DNA from: Orbicella franksi
Lineage: Eukaryota
DNA: 64,000 nucleotides
Direction of reading: 5' to 3'
Assembly: GCA_964199315.1 (NCBI GenBank)
Contig: OZ116707.1
Location: 7,626,001 to 7,690,000, forward strand
Shown: in pieces, positions 38,945 to 50,321 of the stretch
Numbering within the stretch: the stretch's first letter is position 1
Layout: every line of letters begins with the position of its first letter
Program-made: the position numbers and the translations under genes
Notes under the pieces: model-generated
Told to the model about the DNA's origin: nothing
The model's database searches: none
The model's input: only the letters and a program-made list of their open reading frames with translations

Positions 38945-41259
38945 AGATCTTGGACGCCACCTCTCGCATCCCAAAGTGCACGGGATACCTAAGGGAAGCG
39001 GAGAACACCAGCGACTAGTAAGAATGGCGAAATTTTACACTGGCCTTTCGGAGCTACAAGTTAGCCTTAACGCTCCACCTCCTGCCATCGTCGAGATAGC
39101 TCCAAAGGAAGCTGCGTCTGCCACCTCTGCAGCTGTCAGGAGCAACGCCACTGCTGGTCATACTGCAGCCTCTGCTTCTACATCCGCCACTGCCTCTGCA
39201 GGTGCCAGCAGCAATGCCGAAGCTGGCCCTGATGCAGCCTCTGTCTCGGGATCCTCCACTGTCTCTGCAGGTGCCCACAACAATGCCCCTGCTGCCCCTG
39301 CTGCAGCCTCTGCTTCTGCATTGCCCACTGCCTCTGCAGGTGCCAGTAGCAACACCCCCACTGGCCCTGCTGCAGCTGTTTCCTCCGACGCTGCCACAGC
39401 AAATGTTCCCTTGCAGTCCCTGGGGTCTGATGCTGAGTCTGCTGCCTCCAGCGACGAGTCCGAGGACGACAAAGACCAACCCTCGGACACATCCCATCTT
39501 AGCGCTACGCAGTATTTCACGGCAAAGAACCCGGGGACCAACAGGCACAAATGGCTGGTACTCTTTTACGATTACTAATCCAGACCATCGGCAGGAGAAA
39601 AAAAACAATCTGTCCGCCTCCAACACACCGCCCAGATGCGGATCCTTCTGGAGGAGATCGACCCGGAGGGAGACGACATCCTCTCCTTGCTGGACCACGA
39701 GGGAGACGCCGTCTGGAGATTGTGGGTCAAACCGCATCTAACTGCAGGCACAAAAAAGCCAGGCACGCTCATCTCCTATCTGACGTCGTACGAGAAGTTC
39801 CTCCGTTTCGTCCCGCACGAGCGATTTAACAAGAATGCTCCTGCCCTCCATCCGTCGCACATTGACCACTTTGCCATGGTACTCAAAGACCTCAAGGGCT
39901 GGCGTTCGACGGTGGACAGCAACAGCTACCACGTCAAGAACAAATGCATTGTCGACGAGACGGAGGGACTGCTAAACCTCAACGAACTGGTGCAGATAAA
40001 GAAGAGCCGCTGCTACAACGATGCCATCCGGTTGCTCGTGCTAGCTGGGAAGGGTAAGGAGCTGACCAACAGCGAATTCGTTCTAGTCAGAGATTTCCTC
40101 CTTACCCGGTTCTCCTTAGACACCGGAACACGCCCCGGCCCCCTCGATAATGCCACAATGGAGGAGTATGAGAAGAGCAAGGTGGACAATGGCTGTAAGG
40201 TGATGCTGGTGGTAAAACACAAAAGGGCTAAGGACGGGCCTGCCATCTGCCCAATGCTGCCAGAACTTCACAAGTTCATGGAAGTGTACCGCCGAAACAT
40301 CCGTCCACACTTCGCCTGCCAGGATGAACAGGCACTCTTCGTCACCAATGAGGGCACTGGCTTCCGAGAGGGCAGCATCAGCAGACGATTAACCTTCGTG
40401 GAGAGGTGTGGGGTGAACTTGGCTGGGCGCATGGCCTTTGTGGACATGTGCAAGTTGATAACAACGGAGATGTTCGACCGTTGCAGCCCCGAAGAACAGG
40501 CTATCCTGCGGCGCGTACTCGCGCATAGCGAGAAAACATCACGAGTGGTACACCAGGCCAAACCTGACAACCACTGGAGTGCAGGCCGTGAACATCATTC
40601 CGCGCCTCCTCGACCCGCAGGAAAAAGCCCGTTTCCAGGGAAAAACAGCCAAGGGATCCCCAGACAAGAAGCCTCCCTTGCCATTGGAACGTGCAATGCC
40701 AGCCACCTCTGACAGAGCCGCAGACTCAAAGGCCTCTAGCAGTGGCATAGTGCCACCCAGTGATGCTTCCGGGCCAACCAGCCTCACTGCCATGCAGCGG
40801 GAGGAGCTTGAACAGATCTTTAGCAAAGAAATTGAGGGTGGGAAAACCTAAACGATGCAGGAGGTCAGGAAGAGGGTCATTCGCGTCACCATTCTGTCCC
40901 CGCTTGCCGTCACCACAGCCAGGTTGAAGCAAGCCACCAACTTTGTGAACTACCTGGCATGAAAGACGTCAAGCAGTACTCTGCCTGTTTCCAATGCAGA
41001 TGCCAGCGAAAAAGTGTCTCACTGGCTAAGTAACTTTGATGATCGATCAGCCCGGTCACAGTCAGTAAGACGGGCAAATTGGAAACCGGAGGAAACGGTC
41101 CTCTTCCAACGGACCTTCTCGAAATTCACATCGTTACCGTCCACCAAATCCATCAGAAAGATCTTGGACGACCACCCTCAGTTAAATGCGATCTTGGAGC
41201 GTGATGGCTGGGACCGAGTCTATAACAAGATTAAGAACCTCTTCAAAACCAGGAAGTAA
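38945..41259 (+). pseudogene. YR-A polyprotein, C-terminal part (Ala-rich linker, core-binding and catalytic YR domains, Myb/SANT-like tail)
   Basis: LGRHLSHPKVH resumes the finger; GTRPG (R), KHKR (K), DMCK (R replaced by C), LAHS, and WYT after a frameshift near 40543; stops at 39576, 40849 and 40920; tail RRANWKPEET..YNKIKNLFK. Confidence 0.9.
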
Positions 41260-41766
41260 TCGTTCCTGTGTGACCCAGTGACACCGCATCTCCGGTTAAA
41301 GTTTGCCTCATTGAGGATGGAGGTGCTGTGCTCTTCATTGGCGCCACCGTTGTGTTTCCTGGAGCGTGATGGCTGGCAGCGAGTTTGCAAGAAGACGAAG
41401 AACCTGTTGAAGAGCAGGAGGTAATCGCCCAGTGACCCTGCATCTCCGGTTAAAGTTTGCCTCATTGAGGATGGAGATGCTGTGCTCTTCATTGGTGCCA
41501 CCGTTGTGTTTCCTGAAAAAAACAAAACAATCAGAAAAAGAAGTTGAAATTCCTAATATAGTTCAGCCAAGCTGAGCTTCTGTAAAATATCATTGTAAAT
41601 AGAATTGTAACATATGGCAAACTAAAGTATTTTTATTTATTGTAAATAGTATTGTATATAGAATTGTAAATATTTTAACTGTACATAAAACTGTAAATAT
41701 TGTAAATATTTCCTCGCGACAATGAGTCGGGCTGGTGACCCGATGATACCCTCCGGGGACTGAGCA

Positions 41767-41825
41767 GTTTGTCAGGGATCAAACGCGAGCTGGGGTAGCC
41801 AACCCCCGGGGAGTGCCCCACAAAC
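41767..41825 (-). ncRNA. 59-nt conserved structured motif M2, copy 1
   Basis: Minus strand GTTTGT-GGGGCACTCCCCG-GGGGTTGGCTACCCC-AGCTCGCGTTTGATCCCTG-ACAAAC; stems covary with the other two copies. Confidence 0.55.
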
Positions 41826-41901
41826 ACGCTCAGTCTCTGAGTAGTACTCTTGCCGTTTGATACGGCAAGGGGGGTACTGGGAAACCATCATTACATTTTT
41901 T

Positions 41902-42006
41902 CCTCTCACAGTAGTCCTACCTTGTCGTGGTTGAGAGGCTTGTGTGCCTTCATGAACCAAAGACCTGTACAGGTCTGAAGGGGAGAGGCCAGACTAAAGG
42001 GGCTAC
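41902..42006 (+). ncRNA. HDV-like ribozyme-fold candidate M1 (element A)
   Basis: P1 CCTCTCA/TGAGAGG, P2 GTAGTCCT/AGGGGCTAC, P3 ACC/GGT, L3 TTGTCGT, P4 with hairpin AGACCT-GTAC-AGGTCT, J4/2 CTAA. Confidence 0.5.
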
Positions 42007-42340
42007 ATCTTTGTGCACATCTGTTATGACTGCTGTCACGTTTTCTTGCATCTTCTTTGTCTTACTGTGTTTAATTGCAGGCAATTTTCCACTGAAGGGA
42101 TGATTAACCCCTCCAGCTTTCAGCCAGAGCTCTGTCTGCTAACCTTAGCTGCAAGGCCAGGCTACTCAGGGTGCACCACGAGGAGGTGGAGTTGGCTTTG
42201 GGTGTGAGAGACGATTAGACAGACTGGGGTTTACAAACTGCCCAGAAAGCCTAACGGACTTCCTGTCTGCAAGTTGCGCATCGAGACCCTCTTGTACCCC
42301 AAAAATAATTAAAAAGTTAGACTGTAAAGACACTAGATGT

Positions 42341-42399
42341 TCCCGTGGGGCACTCCTCGGAGATTGGCTACTCCAACTCGTGTTTGATCCCCGACGGGA
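42341..42399 (+). ncRNA. Structured motif M2, copy 2 (opposite orientation)
   Basis: TCCCGT-GGGGCACTCCTCG-GAGATTGGCTACTCC-AACTCGTGTTTGATCCCCG-ACGGGA. Confidence 0.55.
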
Positions 42400-42756
42400 G
42401 ACATAAAGGGCCGAGCCTAATTCTAAAGCAACAATGACGTATTTACATGGCTGTTTTTACAGACGTTAAAATATAGACAATCTTTTGTACAGTGACATTT
42501 ACAATAAATAAGTCTTAAGTTAATATCTTCTATTTGACAATTCTAGTTACAAAGGTATTTACAAAAATTCAACTTTGTTGAATTGAGACTATTTACAATA
42601 ATGTGACTTTTTTTTGGTCTATGTATTTTGTTTTTTTTGGCTATTTTTCTTACATACACTAATATGAACGTCTATTTACAAAATTTATTTACAAAGAGAA
42701 TGTATGCACGTATGACGTACGTATGATGCGTATGGTAATGCATGGTGCATGCATGT

Positions 42757-43305
42757 CTAAAATGAATGTGAAAGTCTGTGTTGGGATGGCAGACGCACTG
42801 TTTGGGTGCTGACATTCACCGGCCTGTACTGCGCGACAGGGCAGAACAGGTGGATGCCAACCCCGATGCTGACCATCCCCGTACCGTCTGTCTGTGTCGT
42901 CGCGTCCGTCACAGTAACTCGTCGTGGAACGGTCGACGTCAAGGAGTGGGTGGAGGTAGGGTGGGTGGACGTGGTGCAAGTGGAGGTGGTGAGGGTGGAG
43001 GTGGGGTGGGTGGATGTGGGGCGGGTGGAGGTGGAGGTGAATGACGGGTGAAATGGAATTGTACGTTGAGCGCGGCTTCCCAGGGAGGGTCTCGTTGAGG
43101 GCTTCTTTTTGCCCTTCTTCGCAGAGGCCCCTGACAACAGCATATACCTGGCCTTCATGGATTGCCAGGAATGACCAGTTACTCGTTGGGCCCCTGCGAA
43201 GAGCCACAATTTATTTCCGCTAACGGGGTACTTGAACTTGTTGGCCTCAACAAAGGCCTGGAGCGCATGGTCCTCGGCTGGGGTGTATCTAACATGGCGG
43301 CTCAT
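42757..43305 (-). CDS. 182-aa protein with RAP1/TERF2IP-type Myb domain, basic patch, Thr/Ser-rich linker and two TQT motifs
   Basis: RYTPAEDHALQAFVEANKFKYPVSGNKLW..VTGHSWQSMKARY matches the RAP1 Myb pattern (FT..DD.A...YV..N....GN.LW......T.HSWQS.K.RY). Acceptor ttttttgtag, Kozak CACCATG, AATAAA ~70 nt after the stop; ORF intact. Confidence 0.8.
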   Translation of the reverse strand: MSRHVRYTPAEDHALQAFVEANKFKYPVSGNKLWLFAGAQRVTGHSWQSMKARYMLLSGASAKKGKKKPSTRPSLGSRAQRTIPFHPSFTSTSTRPTSTHPTSTLTTSTCTTSTHPTSTHSLTSTVPRRVTVTDATTQTDGTGMVSIGVGIHLFCPVAQYRPVNVSTQTVRLPSQHRLSHSF

Positions 43306-43632
43306 GGTGACTGGCTCAGCTACAAAAAACGTTGCAGGAAAAAAACCTTGCCTTAGTCTCTAATGAGGACCTCAAGTTCCAGTAACAAGTGCCCATACTT
43401 ACAGACATTATAGTTAGGGGTGAAATCAACATTCTATACAGATAGCTACTTTTGCATTCTATAATGTCTGTAGATTCGAAAGCCTCCCTCAATATTATCT
43501 TAAAGTTCTAAGCAGTAAAAGTCTGGTATACTTGCAGACTTTAAAGTGAAGCCTGGCACTTACGTGACCCACATGACAGATAACCCTTGTTGCATTCTAT
43601 CTTTGCTTCAAATTGCAAGTCAAACGGTTCAA

Positions 43633-44193
43633 TCCTCTTTGAGTTATTAACAGTTAAAGTTTCCCCTTGTTTTTGCGTTAAAACCGCTGAGGGCATGGTA
43701 CCAACAAACTTGTGTCTGCCATTTTGTATAAAACTTTAACCGCTAATAACTTTGCGAGGATTTTATCATTTGCTACCAAATTTGGCATGCACGTAGCCTA
43801 TGTCAAGGCCTATTGGACGCTACAGTTTGCTGGCCAAATGGTTAAAACCTCGTAAAGTTTTCAAGGTGTAAAGTTTCCACACAAATGACGTCATAACTAA
43901 TCAACACCAAACGGTTCCTTACAACATGAAGAAGCATGATATAACATCAAAACATCAATAAAAGGTCCTCCAGTTCTAATAACGAGGTCCTTCAACAACA
44001 TATTGGTCAAGATTGCACCCTTAAACTTTGACCAAAGCCTGCGCAGAGGCAACCGTTTTTTATGGGAAGAAAATGTTCAAGAAAGGTGCCCGAGCACCTT
44101 AGACACTTCTTCCGATAGTTGGATTGCCTCTGCCCAGTGTTCTAAGGGTGCCAAACAGCAAAAAAAAACGGAGCTCAAAAAGCGTGTACTCAC
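43633..44193 (-). promoter_or_regulatory. Inverted copy of module X upstream of the Myb gene
   Basis: Reverse complement of 31935-32520; homology starts exactly at the GTGAGT donor on the minus strand. Confidence 0.6.
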
Positions 44194-44419
44194 GGTTTGA
44201 AGGTCTTGAGAACAGGGACGTCATGTAGTATGCACTGAACTTTCCTTTACAACTGGTCGCTACAAAAAAATTCATAAAAAAATTCCCCAATGGGCCGTTT
44301 TCTGCGCGGTTTTCACCAATGAGGTCCAGATGACATGGGCAATGCAGGCCATTTACTTTCTACATTTCACAAGTCTATATTTGAAATCAAAAAAATGTTT
44401 TTTTCTAAGTTTTTTTCAA

Positions 44420-45030
44420 ACTGCAATTTTTTTTGAAGTTTGAAGGCAAATATCTGACGTAATTTAATAGTTACAAGAACGAGAAAGGTATCATTCGGTA
44501 GCCCTTCAATTAGACAAAGGGCACGCGAAACATCCTTGATGTTGGTCAAATACTCTTGGAGAAATCAAACCTGCAAGTTGACAGAAAACAATTTTTTTTG
44601 AAGTTTGAAGGCAAATATCTCAGGTAATTTAATAGTTAAAAGAATGAGAAAGGTATCATTCGGTAGCCCTTTTGTTAGACAAAAGGCACGCTAAACATAA
44701 TTGATGTTGGTCAAATACTCTTGGAGAAATCAAACCTGCAAGTTGACCCAAAACAATTTTTTTTGAAGCTTAAAGGCAAATATCTCAAGTAATTTAACAA
44801 TTACAAGAATGCAAGAGGTACCATTCACTAGCCCGTTGTTTAGACAAAAGACACAGTAAATTTCTCTGATGTGCATTAAATACTCTTGGAGAAATCAAAC
44901 CAGCAAGATGGCACAAGATTAACAGTTGCAAGAACGCAAAAGGCAAGATTTTGTAGCCCTCTTGTTACAAAAAAGGCATGCGAAATATCTTTGATATTGG
45001 TGAGATACTCTTGGAGAAATCAAACCTGAA
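44420..45030. repeat. 165-bp tandem repeat, about 4 degenerate copies
   Basis: TACTCTTGGAGAAATCAAACC at 44551, 44716, 44881 and 45006. Confidence 0.85.
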
Positions 45031-45074
45031 ATATTCTGAGGGGGAGAGCCCCGACTAAAAAGCCAAGGAAAACT

Positions 45075-48000
45075 GCAGACAATGAATAAAGTGGCAGACA
45101 TTTTTATTTCACTCTTCAGTGCCTATTTTTATCAAAAGGGGTCTACTTCCGGTTAAGCGGTTAACTTCTGGTAATCGAGTCCTTTATACCTAAAGTTGTG
45201 GCATAACTCCACATGGTGTCGTGGTGGCGTAATGGATATTACGTCAAACCTTGACACTAGTTTTCCTGGGTTCGAGACCAACCCGGCGCAATTTTTTTTT
45301 CCTCACAAAATAACTATTTTTGAAGCATATAGCAAGTTGCACATGAAAAAAACCCAAAAAATGAGCAAAAAAAAAGATTACAACAAAAACAAACAGAAAA
45401 TTTCACTACAGGCAATATATAGAATGGCAGACACTTTTATTTCACTGTTCAGTGTGTATTTCCATCAAGAGGTTAACTTCCGGTTAAGCGGTTAACTTCC
45501 GGGAAGTTACCCATTTATATCTAAAAATTGTACATAAAATTAACTGACAATGAGATTGTGAAGTGTTAAATGCACAGTTTCATCGTCAGTCTTCCCGGGT
45601 TCGACACCAACCCGGCGCAATTTTTTTTTTCCTTACAAAATAACTATTTTTGAAGCGTGTAGCAAGTTGCACATGACAAAAACCCAAAAAATGAGCAAAA
45701 AATAAATAAAACAAAAACAAACAGAAAATGTCACTACTGGCAATATACAGAATGGCAGACACTTTTATTTCACTGTTCAGTGTGTATTTCCATCAAAAGA
45801 GGTTAACTTCCGGTTAAGCCGTTAACTTCCGGGAAGTTACTCATTTATACCTAAAATTTGTACATAAAATTAACTGATGATGAAATTGTGCAATGTTAAA
45901 TGCGCATTTTCATCATCAGTATTCCCGGGTTCGACACCAACCCGGCGCAATTTTTTTTTTCCTCACAAAATAACTATTTTTGAAGCGGGTAGCAAGTTGC
46001 ACGTGAAAAAAACCCACAAAATGAGCAAAAAATAAAATAAAATAAAAACAAACAGAAAATTTCACTACAGGCAATATATAGAATGGCAGACACTTATTTC
46101 ACTGTTCAGTGTGTATTTCCATCAAAAGAGGTTAACTTCCGGGAAGTTACTGACTTATACCTAAAAATTGTACATAAAATTAGATGATGGTGAGATTGTC
46201 GTGTGGTGACTGGATAATCTCACCTTCATTTTCCCCGGGTTCGACACCAACCCGGTGCAATTTTTTTTCCTCACAAAATAACTATTTTTGAAGCGTGTAG
46301 CAAGTTGCACATGAAAAAAACCCAAAAACTGAACAAAAAGAAAAATAGAACAAAAACAAACAGAAAATTTCACTACAGGCAATATATAGAATGGCAGACA
46401 CTTTTATTTCACTGTTCAGTGTGTATTTCCATCAAAAGAGGTTAACTACCGGTTAAGCGGTTAACTTCCGGGAAGTTACCCATTTATATCTAAAAATTAT
46501 ACATAAAATTAACTGACAATGAGATTGTGAAGTGTTAAATGCACAGTTTCATCGTCAGTCTTCTCGGGTTCGACACCAACCCGGCGCAATTTTTTTTTTC
46601 CTTACAAAATAACTATTTTTGAAGCGTGTAGCAAGTTGCACATGACAAAAACCCAAAAAATGAGCAAAAAATAAATAAAACAAAAACAAACAGAAAATGT
46701 CACTACCGGCAATATATAGAATGGCAGACACTTTTATTTCACTGTTCAGTGTGTATTTCCATCAAAAGAGGTTAACTTCCGGTTAAGCCGTTAACTTCCG
46801 GGAAGTTACTCATTTATACCTAAAATTTGTACATAAAATTAACTGATGATGAAATTGTGCAATGTTAAATGCGCATTTTCATCATCAGTATTCCCGGGTT
46901 CGACACCAACCCGGCGCAATTTTTTTTTTCCTCACAAAATAACTATTTTTGAAGCGGGTAGCAAGTTGCACGTGAAAAAAAACCAAAAAATGAGCAAAAA
47001 ATAAAATAAAATAAAAACAAACAGAAAATTTCACTATAAGCAATATATAGAATGGCAGACACTTATTTCACTGTTCAGTGTGTATTTCCATCAAAAGAGG
47101 TTAACTTCCGGTTAAGCCGTTAACTTCCGGGAAGTTACTCATTTATACCTAAAATTTGTACATAAAATTAACTGATGATGAAATTGTGCAATGTTAAATG
47201 CGCATTTTCATCATCAGTATTCCCGGGTTCGACACCAACCCGGCGCAATTTTTTTTTTCCTCACAAAATAACTATTTTTGAAGCGGGTAGCAAGTTGCAC
47301 GTGAAAAAAACCCACAAAATGAGCAAAAAATAAAATAAAAACAAACAGAAAATTTCACTACAGGCAATATATAGAATGGCAGACACTTTTATTTCACTGT
47401 TCAGTGTGTATTTCCATCAAAAGAGGTTAACTTCTGGGAAGTTACTCATTTATACCTAAAAATTGTACATAAAATTAACTGATGATGAAATTGTACTTTG
47501 TTAAATGTACAGTTTTATCATCAGTATTCCCGGGTTCGACACCAACCCGGCGAAATTTTTTTTTTCCTCGCAAAATAACTATTTTTGAAGCGGGTAGCAA
47601 ATTGCACGTGAAAAAAACCCAAAAAATGAGCAAAAAAAATAATAAAACAAAAACAAACAGAAAATTTCACTACAGGCAATATATAGAATGGCAGACACTT
47701 ATTTCACTGTTCAGTGTGTATTTCCATCAAAAGAGGTTAACTGCTGGTTAAGTGGTTAACTTCCGGGAAGTTACTCATTTATACCTAAAAATTGTACATA
47801 AAATTAAATGACGGTGAGATTGTCATGTGTTAACTGGATAATCTCCACGTCATTTTCCCCGGGTTCGACACCAGCGTGGCGCAATTTTTTTTTCCTCACA
47901 AAATAACTATTTTTGAAGCGTGTAGCAATTTGCACATGAAAAAAACCCAAAAACTGAGCAAAAAAAAATAAAATAAAAACAAACAGAAAACTTCACTACA

Positions 48001-48205
48001 GGCAATATATAGAATGGCAGACACTTTTATTTCACTGTTCAGTGTGTATTTCCATCAAAAGAGGTTAACTGCTGGTTAAGCGGTTAACTTCCGGGAAGTT
48101 ACTCATTTATACCTAAATATTGTACATAAAATTAACTGACGATGAGATTGTGAAGTGTTAAATGCACATTCTCGTCGTCAGTATTCCTGGGTTCGAGACC
48201 AACTC
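45075..48205 (+). repeat. About 329-bp satellite (~9.5 units) with a tRNA-like B box in each unit
   Basis: GGGTTCGAYACC at 45268, 45597, 45927, 46237, 46566, 46896, 47225, 47532, 47861 and 48189; the first unit retains an A box TGGCGTAATGG; units also contain AACTTCCGG palindromes. Confidence 0.92.
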
Positions 48206-48349
48206 TAAGGCAGGGAGTTCGAGCCCTCCTCAGAACATCTATATGAATTTTTTTTCCTTTTTTCCTTTTTTTAAGAGTTTCTGTTCTTTGCTACTTGCTA
48301 AATTTATGAAAAAAAATATTTTTTCCATTTTTAAAGATTTCGTTTGCGG

Positions 48350-48565
48350 ATGGCCGCCATCTTGGATTTTTGTCCAAAGGGGTTGCATAGGCATTTTGGT
48401 CAAAATTTTGAGTGTCTAAAAGACTTTCTTTTACTTACTTTGTCGCGAAAATAGTTCTCTTAGCCACAAAGTAGGTAAAAAAAAAGTCTTTTAGACACTT
48501 TAAAAATTTTGACTAAAATGCCCATACAACCCTTTTAGAAAAAATCCAAGATGGTGGCCATTTTC
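48350..48565. repeat. Long palindrome near the right end of element A
   Basis: Core arms AGTGTCTAAAAGACTTT / AAAGTCTTTTAGACACT, extending ~90 bp on each side; homologous to 58128-58286. Confidence 0.8.
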
Positions 48566-48914
48566 AAATCAGTTTTTCAAGGCAGATATCTCCTAACCTT
48601 TTTAACTAGAAAGAAAAGTAAATGCATAGTTGAACAGCCAATTGATCAGAGAACAGGTACGCAGAATAAGTTCAAAATCAAATAAATACTGTCCGAGTAA
48701 ACAAACTTTAAAAATGGTCCAAAAATTAATGTCAAAAAACAGGTGTAAAAAATCATAAAAAAATAAAACACTTTCTCACGGAAAAAAACTATCACATCTT
48801 AAGCAGCATCCAAAAGTTAACATATCCTGAAAATTACAAAGAATTCACCCATAATCTGCCAAATCTAAAGCAAGTTCAACCATATGCAAATGAGGTAAGG
48901 GGGCCAGGTGACGG

Positions 48915-49090
48915 CAAAGAGGGCGAATCCTGACCGGAAGGAGGGTGAATCACGACCAAAATGGGGGCGAATCCCGACAAAGGGGGCAAATCCCGACCGG
49001 AAGGGGGGCGAGGTGACTCTAGGTGGGCGACTCCCGCCAAAAAGGGGGGTGAATCCTGGCCGAAGGGGGGCGAGGTGACGCATGAATCCG

Positions 49091-49091
<1 letters not shown>
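48915..49091 (+). repeat. Subterminal array of ~8 GGGGGCGAATCC-type motifs at ~21-22-bp spacing
   Basis: Read directly; the same motif is dispersed at ~30228, 30953, 31322 and 31686 and inverted at 29666. Confidence 0.85.
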
Positions 49092-49122
<31 letters not shown>

Positions 49123-49172
49123 ACCCTAAACCTAAACCCTAACCCTAACCCTAACCCTAACCCTAACCCTAA
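49092..49172. repeat. Interstitial telomeric tract, 13 CCCTAA/CCCTAAA-type units
   Basis: Read directly; lies exactly between the right arm of A and the left arm of B. Confidence 0.97.
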
Positions 49173-50321
49173 TTAGGTTCCTGAAGTGTTGTCCTGCCCA
49201 CGAGTTGCCCTAGCCAATGTTGTCTGACGGGCTTAACATTTCACAACTTTTGGAATGTGCAGTGCTGTAGTTTAGTCCCTTGTCTACCTTCCAGAGGAAT
49301 TTCAAAACGCAACGTTAAATTCTGTGTAATTTACAGGAGGTCAAAGACACCAAAGTGGGCAAGACAACACAGATGGGAGAATACATGAAGAAAATTGCCT
49401 TTTTTCATGAAAATTGAGCAGGATATGTTTAAGACCAATTAAAGGACCTCCACGGGTGCCCTGGGGCTAACCCTAGCTAAATAGAAATTTGAAAAATTTC
49501 GAAGGAAAAAAATGCTGGCTAGTTATAACATGTATACTACACTTGAGATGGTTTCTTGACTTTTTTTTCACAAAGTCGAACTCAGATGAATTTAAAAAAT
49601 ATCATTTTCTTTAAAATGCGAGGGTTAGCGCTGAAATTTGGACACGATGTAACTATGTAAATTTCATGATATTCCTGCAAGTTTCAACTTATTCTGTCAA
49701 AAAGAACAATTTTTACAGTTAGTTTTCCACGAAAACACCTCTCCAAATTTTTGGGTGGGCAAAGCTTATTTTTTTTTTACCGGTTTTTTTCCTTTAATTT
49801 TTTAAAAGTTTTTTAATGTTCATATATCATTAAAAAGGTCTTTTTACGCACTACATGTTGATAGCCTTTAGAAGCCTAGCCCTTGCAATGCTTAGGAGAA
49901 AATCGTTCATAAAAGTAACGCAGGTGGGCAGGACAACACATAAGGAGGTTGCCAAAAACAGTTATAAAAAATGAACATTTCAATCAATTTCTTTGAAATT
50001 TCTCCATTACAATGTTGAATAATGCACTAAACTTTTTGAAAGTTTTCAACTTTTTTGAAAGCATTGCAACAGAGATAGAGAAGTCTAAATTTTGCACATG
50101 TTTAAAATAGGTCTTTTTAAAGTCAAGAGAATTTTTATGTTTAAAAGATTATAACTACAAAGTTATTGAGTGAAATCGCGACTTACCTCTTGAGTTTCAA
50201 TAACTTCAACTGCAAAGTGAGCACAAAAAGTTTGGTAGAGTATTGTCGAATATTTGATGAGATATCATTGAGATTCTAAATTTATGCAAATTAGGTGAAC
50301 ATTTTGAAGATCTGCTTTTAA

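Larger units (their letters stand above)
29647..49091 (+). mobile_element. Element A: YR transposon bounded by CCCTAA on both sides
   Basis: Left junction CCCTAA|TTAGATCCAT, right junction ATGAATCCGA|CCCTAA; GGGGCGAATCC motif near both ends; carries a YR gene, a Myb gene, two tandem arrays and a nested LINE. Confidence 0.75.

Noticed and set aside
39054-39737. Several overlapping ORFs over the Ala-rich linker
   Set aside because: Low-complexity GC-rich repeats lack stops in many frames; only the frame homologous to YR-B is supported.
41832-41886. Hammerhead ribozyme around the AGTACTCTTGCCGT/ACGGCAAGGGGGGTACT hairpin
   Set aside because: The core reads CTGAGTA and TGGGAAAC rather than CUGANGA/GAAA in register, and it is not conserved in element B.
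42689-43207. His/Pro-rich protein
   Set aside because: Alternative frame of the Thr-rich linker of the Myb gene; no independent support.
42757-43305. Host TERF2IP/RAP1 ortholog
   Set aside because: No BRCT or C-terminal RCT domain, single coding exon, and located inside a mobile element; no gene symbol assigned.
45216-45290. Functional tRNA gene
   Set aside because: A and B boxes are present, but the anticodon and acceptor stems do not pair properly.
49092-49172. True chromosome end
   Set aside because: Short tract with unique sequence on both sides; interstitial.
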